Source of the DNA: Blasia pusilla
Taxonomy: Eukaryota
Reading direction: 5' to 3'
DNA length: 64,000 bases
NCBI GenBank assembly: GCA_050084515.1
Contig: CM114271.1
Span: forward strand, 49,848,001-49,912,000
Below, piece by piece: positions 12,501 to 29,718 of this stretch (position 1 is its first letter; each line of letters opens with the position of its first letter). The notes beneath the pieces are model-generated. The model searched no databases. It saw only the letters and a program-made list of their open reading frames with translations, and had not been told where the DNA came from. The position numbers and the translations under genes are program-made.

Positions 12501-15500
12501 AAAAAATTGACATGCCCTCTCAAAAACCTATGAACTTGCCGTCGCTCTCCTCCTATCAACTTGAGACCTATCACAGGCTCCCATCGTGACCTCACTTGGA
12601 GAGGACGCAACCTCCGGCTTTGGTTGCTTTGTAGCAACCCTAGCCACCTCCGCAACAGCCACTCCACTCTAACCTCCTACACCATGCTCCACATCCAAAA
12701 AATGAACATGTGCTACTCTAGCCGCTTTCGCACTCTCTGCTCGAACGACGTCCCAAGAAGTCCATGGGTGCCTATCTCTCCTTGTCTCGCCCCCAACCAA
12801 TGCCTGTACAGACCCTTTAGGCAATGGTCCAACTCGTGGATGTGACGGCATGGATGACACTCGCATCCGTCTCTGCTTAGCCATACCTAGGCTGACTATC
12901 CATGTGAGGCAGTTGAGGTCCATCGCCTGCCCCAACACCTATCTCCGGGATGCCTCAGTGATCCCTGGCACCGCCGTAGTACCGGTAGCAAACCCCATGG
13001 CACGCTCGCGCTCATCCCAAATCATGCTTGGCCCTCCTTGACGAAAGGCATGGGATGCTGGGAAGCTCACCAACGTAAGTAAGGCTGCTCTCAACTCCCC
13101 CATCCTATTCGCCATGGCCAACGGTGGTCTATCATCCCGTGTCACCACTTGAGATCGACGGCCTGAGCCCAAAATAGCATCCACTGTGAGATGTGGTGCT
13201 CTCTGGACTCCATCGTATGCTTGACTCAATACCTCTGATGGTATCAGGTTCGTCCACCACAGTCGTGGACGATGGGCACGTGATCCAACTCTTGCCGCAT
13301 CTAATAATATAGCAGGTCCCAACCAAGACCTCACCTGATACACACTCGTCATTAGACATGCACGAGTGTCTCCCAAAAACGGCACGTTCTCCAAGATGTA
13401 CGTTGGAGAACATGTCAGACTCTCTAGTTAGTGTCGTACTACTCGCAACATCTCCCAAAACATCCCTGATCTCGGATCTTGCAATCCAAATCCTCGGCTA
13501 GCTGATGAATGAACCTGACATGGCCATCCAGAAATCACCAAATGAATGGTGCCAACTCTATCCAGATCCTGCGCCCCCACCAAAGAGATGTCGGCGCGTA
13601 GCGTATGTTGATATCCCCGTATCGCAGATACCGGCAACAACTTAGGATACCTCTGGACCAATCTGGCCACGTGACGTAATGATACTCGCCGCGCGGTCTC
13701 ATCTCTCTCCAGATAAAGGTACTGATGCACCCGTATGCCCGCCTGCAATACTGCAGCCAATCCGGTGCTAATCCCTTCGAAGAGATCTAACACCCTAACA
13801 CCCTCCTCTAGGCACTACCACACAACGGGTGTGGTATCCACTCGGGTCAACATCTCCACTCCAAGAGCCCGATCGCCACGTGACTCTCGCTGCTTCGGGA
13901 TAAAAGCATGACTCCACGCCTGCCTCACGAGGTCGTTGGCACTCCTCTGTAGCTCTTGAGTCGTACCCCATAATGGTGAAGAGGTCTCGCTAACATGGGA
14001 AGAGACACCCGCCATGGCCAGTCTCTCCGTGGGACTATCCGCTACTGGGACATCCTCCGCATGTGTGTTCCCCTCCAACAACTCTCCTGGCCAACTAACA
14101 CTACCTGTGAAAGCCGCCAACGTGGTCATAGACTCGCCTCGTGATCGACCACCTGGTTCGGCAAACTGCACGGGTAACTGACTCATCCGGCCGTCACCTG
14201 ACCGCCATCTTGGTTGATAAGCAACGGTCTCCTCCTAGAAGTCAAGGATGAATCCTCGGGGATATAACATTGTACTCCCCACCAACACATCGAACGAGTC
14301 AGCTGGTGTCGTAATTGCACGTGTGCGCACCATAGCACTATCCGTCTCATGCTCTGGCAAGACTCTGACAACTATCTCCTGTCGAGTCATAGACTGCGTG
14401 GGTGACACGCCCCCAATCGAGGTGTGTATCTGGAAGGGACAAGGTTCAATGTCGGCCTTCCGTAACCCCAACGCTAAACACGCCGCCTTCGCTAACATCA
14501 AGGGTTACGCTCCCAAATCAAGTAGGACGCGTTGCGGGTGGTATACTATTCCCGTCGGACTAACCAAGCAAAATACTCCAACTCGGTTATTCAGTAACAC
14601 TACTCCATGTGTCACTACTGCTCGCTCTATGGCCGGTCAAGCTGGCATATCTACCAACTTCGCCGCCCCCGCATGCCATGACTCTGTGGGGAACGTCCCG
14701 AGCACCAGCTCCTCAACCTATGAACAAAAAGCAATCATCTCTCCACGCTCATACAATATGGCGGCCAACCGGAACACCTCAGCTGGTCCAAGTCCCAACG
14801 TCGCCAACTCTATGGCGGAAAATAGTGGAGTCTGACTCACTCTGATGGCCATCTCCAACACTATGGTCGACACTGACTCCACTCGAGCCGGCATAGGAGT
14901 TGTCACTCCAACTCCTCGTGACGTCGACGTAGGTACCTGAGCTGTACGCACCGTTGGTCGTCGAGGCACCATCGATGGTGTCTGTAGTGCCTCCGACAAT
15001 GTGAATGACTGTGGAACCCTGGCCTGCCGCCCATCGATCCCCTCTAGTGGGTCAATCTCAACTCCACCTCTTGGTGCCTCTCGTAGCACCCCGAGTCACC
15101 ACTGCAGCTACCTCAACCAGGGCTGCACTACACATAAACCCCAAACTGGCGAGATCCTCACCCGGGTCAGGGTAAGAGGTAGAAGTTGGAGTCACACTAG
15201 CTGCTCGCAGCTCCGTGTCTTCCCTAAGCTACATTATCGTCGTGGCAGCAATCCTCTGCTCCAACTGATCGATGCGTGAGAGAAGTGCTGGATTTGGTGC
15301 TCCTACTCCATCTCCTCTGGCTGGTGGTGGTCCTATACCACCACGTCCAGGAAGGACTTCGTGACCTCCTTCAGGTCAACCGCCCCTAGGCCCTCGTCCT
15401 ACCTCTGGAGGTGCCCCTCGGCGAAGGTTAAAACATCTATCCCTAGTGTGACCATATCTGTGGCAATAGTCACACTGGTGCTATGGTGGGGCCATCCTCT

Positions 15501-16629
15501 ATAGCTCTTGAGCAATCGGAGGCACTGGTGGTCCTCTCCCATGCTGTGGGTTGTCTCTCTGCCTATGGGCCCCTCCACATGTCCAACAAGACCACATTGG
15601 TCCCTGCTAGGCAACATATGTAGGTACGGGTGGTTGCCTCATAGGCTCATGGTACTCGCCTTGCTCTCTGGGCACACTGGCCCACTCCTGTAGTACTGGT
15701 GCTCACTGTGGCACCTGTGGGGTCACCGTCGCTCATGGACCCGTTGACTCTCGAGAAAATCCAACGGTCACTACCTGCTCCTCACTCATGTTGAGCTTAA
15801 TACGCTCAGACAACTCAAAGACCACCTTCAATGTGGGCTTCGCTGTGTGAATCAGCACCGCATCTCGGACTCTCCTCCATAGTTCTCGGTCTAGAACCCC
15901 GTACCAATATTGGACTGACTGCGCCTCAGTCACTCCATACGCAGCAATGATCAACCTCCTCATGCGTGTGAATGCCTCTCTCAGACTCTCATCCGATCCT
16001 CGCTGAAAATCATGTAGACTCTTCAGCTTGTCGGTGCATACGCCCTGGTAGCTCTTCCCCAACTGTCGGAAGAACTCCACTGTGGGGCTGAAGCTGGGTG
16101 GCCCTCTACCACCAGAGGTCTCTGCCACACCGCCTGTCTCACTACCCTCCTCTACATCTAGTCTCCGGGTTGATGGTGTGGGTCTCTCTCCTCTCACAAT
16201 CCTATCATATGCCTTGCGACCACTAGTGGACACATACCCTGGAGCCCAATACATCCTCCAAGCATTGATCTCTACTGAATATAGTGATCAAAACTCCATG
16301 TAGTCATCCATTGGAGGACCCTCCAAGTGTTGTAACAACCCCTTCCATGCCATGAAAGGGTTGAACCGTATCGGGGTCTGTATCTCTTGGAAGTTGCACC
16401 ACGTGTCGAACTCTTGGATAAAATCATCTAAGTCGATGGTGCGCACTGCACCCGCAAAACAACGCATGCCCCGATGGCCCATGTCGTCCATCTCCTGCCA
16501 AGTACTACTCTCTTTGTCTGCGATCTCGTCACCGGACCCAGTGTCTAGTGATGACAATCCAGCCACGGATGGATGTCGAGGTAGCTCCTCACTAGTAACC
16601 CCTTGGTATCTCACTCCACTCCGTGTCAC
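9557..16629 (-). pseudogene. gag-pol of copy 2: Gag (CCHC-like knuckles about 15420-15590), protease (about 14235-14530), DNMT (about 12905-13796), RT (YMDD about 11992-12003), RNase H, DDE integrase, PHD
   Basis: Collinear ORF fragments 16288-16629, 15733-16254, 14235-14501, 13428-13793, 12939-13394, 12048-12278, 11631-11861, 11341-11547, 10745-11137, 10295-10723 and 9584-9850. Confidence 0.92.
12905..13796 (-). pseudogene. C5 cytosine DNA methyltransferase domain (DNMT3-like motifs) inside the retrotransposon pol
   Basis: Motif I VLDLFEGISTG, II YLYLERD, IV ISGWPCQ (catalytic Cys), VI YILENVP, VIII RAHRPRLWWTNL, IX ERERAMGF, X RR*VLGQAMD, in canonical order. Confidence 0.9.
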
Positions 16630-17855
16630 ACCACTACTACTGCTCGCACTACCCCGTTCTTCCGAACCCTGGAAGAACGCCGTGATGACAAACCCTGTCT
16701 CACCCGCTCAAGCACTCAAACTCACCAAGAGTCTCGCACACGCCTCACTAGCTCACCTATACTAACATCAATCCCGTGATGACATACCCGGCCTCACGCA
16801 CACTCAACACTTGGGCTCACCAAGTGCCTCCCAACTGACTCACCTAATGTAGCGACACTCTCTCAGGTCATACACGCGACTCCTACTCGGAAATTGTCGT
16901 ATATCCACCAACATGCTACACATGAAAAGAATCTACACTTGTCACCATCGTTGCACCCACCTAGCACCAGCTACTACCCGCTACCTAGCACTCTCAATCA
17001 CACACGACAAGTGCAGGAAAAGGGACTCGAATGGGTAACATGATCACGCCCTCCAACTTGCTGCACCGTCAACATGCACTCCTTCACGTAATATGATAAC
17101 CTCGACAACACAATACTCTCCTCGACCAACATGTCGATCCTCCCGTCAACAGATGCGGACAACCTCTCGGCATCATGCGCACTGCCCCTCCATCTTCAAC
17201 TCTCGCAACGCCCTGTCGCGGCCCAAAAACATCATATCGCGCAAACCTCTCCGTCCATCCCCACACGCGGCATGTAACTGACTCACCCTGGTTGGCTCCC
17301 ACCTACCATGTATGCCCTGTCCGACCACGTGAACATGATCTTGACCACATCCGGACTCTCAACCACGTCGCCATCCAACCACGTTCGATCCTACCACGTT
17401 GGAGGGGGGAAACCTGGCCTGTGGCCCTATGCGAGCCCCTTAGGCCCTAAATGTGCGGGGGGCTTGGCCTGCATCCCTATGGGCCTCCCCAACTTTTAGG
17501 GAGGGAGCAATAAATGATGGGGGGGGGGGGCGCCGCCGTAACCCTAGCCTTCGCGACCTAACCTAGCCGCCTTTACTTGATAGCCCCCCGACGGCTGCAA
17601 AACCCAAACCTGCCCTTTTCTTCTCTCTCCCGACACCCTCACTCGCGTACACCCGCCGCCCTACCACACACTACACTCGACTGCTGTCCCACGTCAATCT
17701 GTACCAGCAAAATCTAAGAAAAACAGACAGCGCTTCCCCCACGGCCTTTCGAACAAAAAATGACAAATACGACGCCAACCAACGTCTCCACGGGCTCCCG
17801 ACCAAGGCAACTCGTTTGCCTACCTGCAAACAACAAATTCCCACCAGCCCCTTGA

Positions 17856-17869
17856 CATCTTTCTCATGT
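17856..17869 (-). promoter_or_regulatory. Putative self-priming primer-binding site of copy 2
   Basis: Element-strand ACATGAGAAAGATG directly after A1 is the exact reverse complement of element-strand CATCTTTCTCATGT at 18044-18031, which lies about 25 nt downstream of TATATAA (18075-18069). Confidence 0.75.
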
Positions 17870-18345
17870 AAAAATAAAGAGTAGTAAAAACGGCACACCC
17901 GGCCTAAAACTCCAATCTTCAATCTACATCGGCATATCGAGCCTCATCCACCCTGTGTTATCAAGGAATCCGGACGCTAGCACCCTAGTCCTATCTCACA
18001 CACATACAAGAGAGGTGCTCCAACGGCCCAACATGAGAAAGATGGCTTAGGAAAGCCACCTTCCTCTCTTATATAGGGTTGGGAAGAGCCAAAAGGCTCT
18101 TCCTAAAATAGCTCCTCCCTTGATAACCCACAAGACAAAGTTACTAGGGCGGGTGACCTGGTCAACAAGTCACCCGGCTGTAAAAGACCTCAACATGAAA
18201 GTTATCATAAATAACGTTCCTGACACAATGGACCTATCCTCAACCTCATCCGACACCGTAGGACAAACTTACACTCAAGATAGTCCGCTGGCTCCTACGC
18301 CCTATCCACGATAGATCTCGGCCTATCGGCTACTTAGATGTGATA

Positions 18346-23121
<4,776 letters not shown>

Positions 23122-23649
23122 GATCTCTGGATTTGGTGATTTTCAGAAATTTTTAAACTTTCACAATGATTCCATCAGATCATTTGTTTGTAGTTTGGTT
23201 TCCATATGCTCTTGGTTCCTTCTTGCAACTTGTTGAGATGTTAATAATTTGATTCTTCCATACAGTGAATCACCTATTTTTGGGTTTCATCAATTAGAGA
23301 ATGGTTTGATTGTGATGTATCTGTAGTTTTCAGTATTCATTGTAATTGGCATGTACCCTAGAATTACTTGCTTGATATATGTCCCTCTTCTAGACCTTCA
23401 GATTCAGATTTTGTCTATCCTCACCATTGTCTATGCTACTTGTATTCACACATTACTCCTTGGTGGATCTAAAAGAGTCTCTAATTATGTTAAGAGGATT
23501 ATGTTACTTAGATAACCACCACTTACTTACCAAAGTAACTCCTCTGATTTAACAATCACGAGGAGGAGCAAGGGCAAAGTGTGAACAATACATGATATAG
23601 TAATAAACCATAACTGATAGGGTTCTGTGAATTACTAATACGGTATGCA

Positions 23650-24423
23650 AAATAACTCAGACGGCCAAAATATCATTTAGTGGTAAAAATATAGCTAAAC
23701 TAGTCATGATAATAACTCATACAGTCAACACAATGACTCAAATGGTAAGGAAATATGACTTGTACAATCATGAATGACATGAGATAAATGACTCAAACCA
23801 TCCCAATAAATCAAATGGTCAAGAAATATGACTCGTACAGTCATGAATGACATAAGATAAATGACTCAAACCATCAATAAAATATCTCACTTAGTTATGA
23901 AATACGATTATACCACACATAGGGTGACCAAAATAGTCATAATTGAGAACCAATCTAGTCATATTTTATGACTCATGTAGTCATAGGAAATGACTCGCTT
24001 GGTACGTATGACTCAGTCAAGATGTATGACTTGGTCATTTCAACCACTCGTCACTTTGTCATTCCTTCATATCATTACACATATCATCGTCTCATTGAGC
24101 CTAAACAATCCAGCGATCCCAAGTATGACACGAGGTATGACATATGGCAATATTTCATTTGATGCTCACTTTGCCACGTCATTTCTTCTTGCCATGTCAT
24201 ACGCCATCATGGTACTCTGACGTGTCTCTCACACATGACATCTTAGTCATATATCAATGAGTGAGTAGCTAATGACTTCAATCATTTACCAATGTGGTAG
24301 TGAGAGTCATATCTTGTATATGACTTGGTTTATATGACTCTATTGGTTATGAGTCATTTATCGTAAACAATTACTCAACCTAGTCATTTATTAGAGTCAT
24401 ATAATATGCACTTTGTTCTAGTG
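23650..24423. repeat. CACTA subterminal repeat array and right TIR
   Basis: Many ATGACTC/ATGACTT/GAGTCAT motifs in both orientations, ending at CTAGTG (24418-24423). Confidence 0.8.
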
Positions 24424-25563
24424 GTTTTAGGCCTTGCGTGATCAGGCACTGTTCGGCCACCGCACCACTTTGCGAGATCATCCTGACGTGGATTGACTAG
24501 CGGAGAGGTTTGTGCAGACGGTGAAAAGAGGACTACGCAAGTATGGCTTGCAGAGAAGTCACCTAGGAGATTGGAACCTCTAGTTGCCGTGATTGGCGAT
24601 GGGATACACATTTAGCAGGCAGGCATCCTTAGCGTCTTTCTCACCGTACTTGCTACTTTATGGCCGAGAGCTAGATTTACCTACGGCCATTCGTCGAGAT
24701 GTTTATGAGGTGTTGAACCTTGATAACCCTAATGTATGGATGTGAGCATGTTCTCAGAGGGTTGAGTTTTTTTGGAGAGTGATGCCCATGGCATTTGAGA
24801 ACTTGGCGATTGCGTAGCATCAGGATACGTTGAGATATGCGGCTATTCGGGGAGGTGATTATCGACCTACCATTCGGAGGTTTCATTAAGGAGACTATGT
24901 CTACTTGTAGCAGACGGCATCCATGACGTTGGATGTGAATGTAGGGCGCACCATCTTGAGAGTGCGTAAGGTTTTGCCATATGTTGTTCTCTTGTTGGAG
25001 GGACGCGATGGTATGGTTTGGAAGGATCATGTGCGTAACTGTGCGTCATGCCACCTTCCTAAGATTGACGGTACAGTTTATCCGAGGTTAGTAGTAGTTC
25101 CTGCAAGGTTGCGATGTATGTTGTGTGGTTATGTCCGTGGTGCAGCCACTATGCTAGTCTGTGATGCATGTTCAAGAGGATGGCATATGGCATGTTTGAC
25201 ACCACCTCTCATTAGGGTTCCTCAACGACGATGGATGTGTCCCAGATGTACATAGAGTAGGTAGTTCCAGATTTGGACTTGTGTCTATGACATGGATGAG
25301 AAGAAGGCGACTAACGATGAGGCCACATGAGCACCTGGTCTTTTTGCTCTTAGCGTCCGAGAGATGTATGTTATGGTAGGTAGGGATAGATGGCTATCTA
25401 GAGTTAGAGGGACCTAACTACCAGCTAGGGGGGCGATTGGAGATATTTTGGTATTTCTTGTTTCGTTGTTTGGATGTCATGAGTTAGCATGGGATTGTGC
25501 GTGTTTGTGTGCATGTTTGTTGACAGCGATGTATGTTGTGTAGCGATGTGTATGCGCACGACA
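24424..25563 (+). mobile_element. 3' part of gypsy copy 3 (INT C-terminus, PHD, PPT, single B repeat), split by the CACTA insertion
   Basis: Starts mid-integrase directly after the CACTA TIR (GTTTTAGGCCTTGCGTGATCAGG, compare 1961-1983). PHD in ORF 24923-25255; purine tract AGGGGGGCG 25427-25435; B 25436-25563 ending CGACA; no A repeat follows. Confidence 0.88.
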
Positions 25564-25682
25564 CTTTGTAAAGACTTGTGAAATCAACAAATACACATCC
25601 ACACAACACTCCATAACCTTCTTATTATGGAGCCAAACCCAATATCATGTTGAGAGATTTGGATGACACTCACAAGATATAA

Positions 25683-25765
25683 GTATATAGTAAAAGAGGA
25701 GAAGAGTATATAGTAAAGGAGGAGGATAAGTATATAGTAAAAGAGGATAAGAGTATATAGTAAAG
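25683..25765. repeat. Minisatellite, about 4 imperfect copies of GTATATAGTAAAAGAGGA(N)
   Basis: Direct reading of the sequence. Confidence 0.85.
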
Positions 25766-26674
25766 GTATAATATATAATTAAAAGAGGATGGGGTTTGAG
25801 GAACCCTTCCTCCCGTATTGACACGTGTAATGTTTAACACAAGAGCTAACAAGTAGTAGATTTAACGGACGTCTTTCCCATGCGATGATTTTTTCACCCA
25901 TGCAGGATGCTAGTTACTAAAAATAACAACTAATGTACAACCGTGATTGATAATGTTTCACAAAAAGTTATTTCCTTTTTATTCCAAATTTTTGTTTCAT
26001 ATTATTTATGGTGTACCAACTAAAAAATTAAATAAGAAGAACTTCTCTCAAAATAATATATAGACAAAACTAGGAAACGCACCCTCATCCCTCTTTCATG
26101 AGTGGGAATTCATAAAGCACGTCATAAGTGAATGTACGTACCGCATTGGAACCACTCCCACGTAGTCGGACCCGCGGACCGCGTCGAACTTAGTGTCAAC
26201 TGGATGCCCACGGACAAACCGGACTGCGCTACCGAAGATCTGACTGACTTCGCAGTCCATACTGTACAGTGGGTGGATATGCTATGGGTGCTCGATTCAT
26301 GTACCACAGTAGACACGCCTGAGAATTTGACCCGTCTGTTCAGAATTTGGTGGTCGCAGGAAGGAAGATCTGAACGCGCTCTGGAGATCTGCGCATAGCG
26401 TCGAATCCGATACAAGTCAGGTGGCGATGCAGGCAGAGAAGATGGAATGAACTTTCAACTCCTAGCGCGCGGATCCTTCTCTTCAGGAAACAGCGCATGG
26501 AGGAAAAGATGGTAGCGGGAGTCACTTAGGGTAGTGATGCGTCCAAGTACTGCAGGAGCAGGATCCAAGTATTGCAAGAAAGAATGAGGAACAGGGAGTG
26601 GGTTTGAAATTGTGGAGTTGGAGAGCGCAGGTGATACAATTTTCTGATTACGGAGTGGACTGACGCGAGTGAAA

Positions 26675-29600
26675 ATGAGTGTCGAGCCCTTTCGCCGGTG
26701 CGTTTCATCCCGTAAATGTTCCCATGGCTTTGTCGAATTTTGAGCACATCGAGGAGAGGGTAAAGAAAACTGAGATTGTCTCCTGTTGAGTCAATCACAG
26801 AGAAGGTGGAATGAACCGACTTTGTCATGCGAGTGAATATTTGTGGTGGTCCGCTGTGCAGTTTAGTAAAGCTGGTGGCAAGGGCCTTTTACGATGAAGA
26901 AATTCCACCGAAGGGAGCTAATCGTAGCAAGTCGGACAAGTCAGATAACAAAGGAATCGCTGTTGTCATTCTTGATGCTCTCACGAGAAGGCAGTGGGTG
27001 AAAGAGGAAGATCTGGCGAGGGACTTACGGTTGCATCCAAAACAGCTGCGTCGGACGCTACGGGTTTTAGAAGAAGAGCTTCTGATTTTGAGGGAACACC
27101 GCCGCGAGGTAATTATGGGTCCAATTGTAGTAAACTTGAGGTGCTCTTTGTCCTCTGGATAGAACTGATGTGTTGCAATGATTTCTCCTCGTTGTGTAGA
27201 CCGTGAAGGGTGCGAAGTTATACAATGCTGCAATTGCTGCAGTCAGTGAGCAACCAACGGAGAGAGAGGGTGAAGAAAAACTCAAAGTTCACACGCATTC
27301 TTACTGCTGCTTAGACTACGCGCAGGTGCACGTTTCCCCCATGCTCTTTGCAGCTTTGAGGCGACTGGAATTCGTATTGTGTTTGACAACGAGAGGAACG
27401 CAGATTACCATTCTTGGTACATAGAGCGCAATCGTTGGAACCCATTAGGGTTCGGGATATGACAGAGGCGGGTTTATAGAATGCTGAAGTACTGGATTCT
27501 GAGGAAGGCCGGTTGTGGATCTTTTATGGGTACAAGGAGTTTGCAAAAGTCTATCGGGATTGTATGGGACCTTTAAAGGCAGAAGCTGAATGGTAACTCC
27601 GAAGTGGAGATTCATGCTCTCGTTCTACTGCTCAGCGACGGTCCTTTCCTGTTCTGCAGGTTTTTGACATTGTTCGGTATCGGATACACCGGTCGAAGAA
27701 GAAAATCAAAGATGAATTGGAAGATAGGAATACGATCCAGGAGTATATCTGCCCCAGTGCTACTTGTGGACGCCGGTTAGTGTACTTCTGCTGACAAACT
27801 CTTCGGATTCGGTAACGTTTGTTAGGAATTGGACGTCATTCTTGGCGAAACCCCTTCGTTGATGTCGGTTTTTAGCCTAGACTAGTTTGGCAAACTTGCA
27901 GCACTGTTCTGGAGCAGATACATCGAGGCAATGAATCTGAACGGGAGATTGTCTTTGGCTATGCAGATACTCAGCACTGGACGCTCTGCGTTTGATTAAC
28001 GTTTTTGATGGGAACTTTCACTGCGAGAATTGTGATGGGGAGCTCGTCGCTGAGAGCGATAAGTTAGCTGCTGCAGAGCTGGGTGATGGAGATGGGGAAG
28101 ATAATGCTCGTCGAAGGAGGAGGGAGAAGCTGAAAGAGCTTTATGAAAAATTGGAGGTGAGAAGTTAGGGTTGATCTGTATGTTTCGGCGTTCAGTTAAT
28201 TTGATTATTGCACTCTACTCTTCACTGCATATCTTTCCTGGCTCCTTGCTTTCACTTCGTATGTTTAGAGTCTCCTCTGGTTACTCGGCTCTTTGACAAT
28301 GAAGGAGCTGTATCTATGTGTACAGAAACAATTGAAGCCCCTGGTGGACCAATTGACCCGAGTGAAGGACTTGGCTCCGCCGGATTTTGGTAGCTTGGAG
28401 GCCTGGGAAAAGAGGGCCATTGCTGCTGGTAGAATACCTGGGAATGATGCCTCATCCAGTGATCTGCCAAAGCCATCACATGGGCAAGGGATATCAGGAA
28501 CACCTATGCCATTTCTGGGAGAAACAAAGGTAAAGAATGTTCTGTTATCAGTTTGGACGTTAATTTTTGTAATCAGTTTTCCCTCTAATATCGTACTGCA
28601 AATATCTGTACTGCACACAGATGACTCTTGGTTCAGTTCCGTTCTTCTTAGTCTCCAGTGGGCAGACTTCTTGTGAACTCATGGACTGATTGTTGGCTGT
28701 CTTTGCATTGTTTAGGTGGAGGTGGCATTGGCTGGAGGGGATTCCAAGAAGGAGGAAGGTGTAGAAGAGGCTGCACAACTGAAGGTTCTACCTCCATGGA
28801 TGATCCGTCAAGGCATGACATTGACAGCTTCTCAGAGAGGAGAAGGAAGGACTGAGGTAAAGACTGAAGATGGCGCAATACCTACAGACCTGGATGTGAA
28901 GGATGTGAAACCTGCAGAAGAAGACAAGGAGGAAGTTCAGCGCAGAATTCAAGAGGAATACCTCAAAGCCTATTATGCAGCCCTCTTGCGTCGACAGCAA
29001 GAATCTGAGCAGCCAAATCCTGGGCCAGAACGTGTTGAAAATGGAGACTCAACTGCCAAGCCCGGAGAAGTAAAAGAAGAGCGGCAGGTTGGAATGAAAG
29101 CCAAGAGAGAAGATGGCGAAGAAGAAGAGGAGGAAGTTGAATGGGAGGAGGATGCTGCTGCAACAGGTATGGGCCTTAGTTTATGTATGCATCTGAATGG
29201 GATTCTAAGGGAGCATTAGATTTAGTGTGATCTCTATTGCTTATTGAAATGTGTTTCCTAACTAGGCGGTATTGACCCATAGCCCTGTAGCTTCTTAACC
29301 ATCAGTTTTACTCATAGAGCTCATCGCTCAACAAATCAAGATCGGAAGAAGGTGAGGGAGTGAGTAATCATTTTCTAAAAGTTAGTAAGCCTTCCAAGGT
29401 TTTGAGTAGAGCTTTGAAGTCTTTCAGATGACCATACCCAATCAAAAGTCTACCTATTTGTGATATTGTAGACTTTGACATGGGACTAGTAGAGAAGGAC
29501 GGGAATGTTCCTTCCTTCTGAAGCACAACAATTGCTAATTTTGTTTGCACAAGTCAGAAGCAGGACAAGTACCTTAATGGATTCTATGGTGGCATACAGG

Positions 29601-29718
29601 GACCATGGAAACTCCTATTGCTTCACAAGAGACGCAATTTGAGAATGGTGTTGCAGTGGACCCAGGCTATGGTGGCGAGTATGAGGATGATGATGATGTA
29701 GATTGGGAAGAAGGTTGA
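26675..29718 (+). CDS. GTF2E1: General transcription factor IIE subunit 1 (TFIIE-alpha); exons 26675-26697, 26862-27108, 27200-27325, 27660-27775, 27967-28156, 28326-28529, 28716-29166, 29600-29718
   Basis: MSVEPFRRLVKLVARAFYD...DALTRRQWVKEEDLA (winged helix), HTHSYCCLDY, zinc ribbon YICPSATCGRRYSALD...FHCENC, KVLPPWMIRQGM, acidic end DDDDVDWEEG*. All inferred introns are GT-AG and in phase. Confidence 0.93.

Larger units (their letters stand above)
8719..18345 (-). mobile_element. Complete Ty3/gypsy retrotransposon copy 2 carrying DNMT and PHD domains, with split/permuted terminal repeats
   Basis: A1 17870-18345, internal region, B1 9343-9480, spacer 9341-9342, A2 8857-9340, B2 8719-8856. 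Flanks AGGT (8715-8718) and AGGC (18346-18349) form a 4-bp TSD with one mismatch. The internal region encodes gag, PR, DNMT, RT, RH, INT and PHD. Confidence 0.93.

Noticed and set aside
12905-13796. Host DNMT gene or bacterial restriction-modification contamination
   Set aside because: The domain is intronless, collinear with pol, inside TSD-bounded elements and at the same position in two copies; no restriction enzyme or operon context.
14248-14835. Plus-strand ORFs antisense to gypsy pol (also 48916-49389, 50364-50813, 50913-51329)
   Set aside because: Shadow frames of GC-rich coding sequence with no independent motifs.
8719-18345. Classification as a DIRS/Ngaro tyrosine-recombinase element because of the split repeats
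   Set aside because: No YR motif recognised; an aspartic-protease-like motif, HHCC/DDE integrase, TG..CA ends and 4-bp TSDs indicate Ty3/gypsy.
23650-24410. CRISPR-like or regulatory repeat array
   Set aside because: Short motifs in both orientations with irregular spacing next to a CACTA TIR; typical subterminal repeats.
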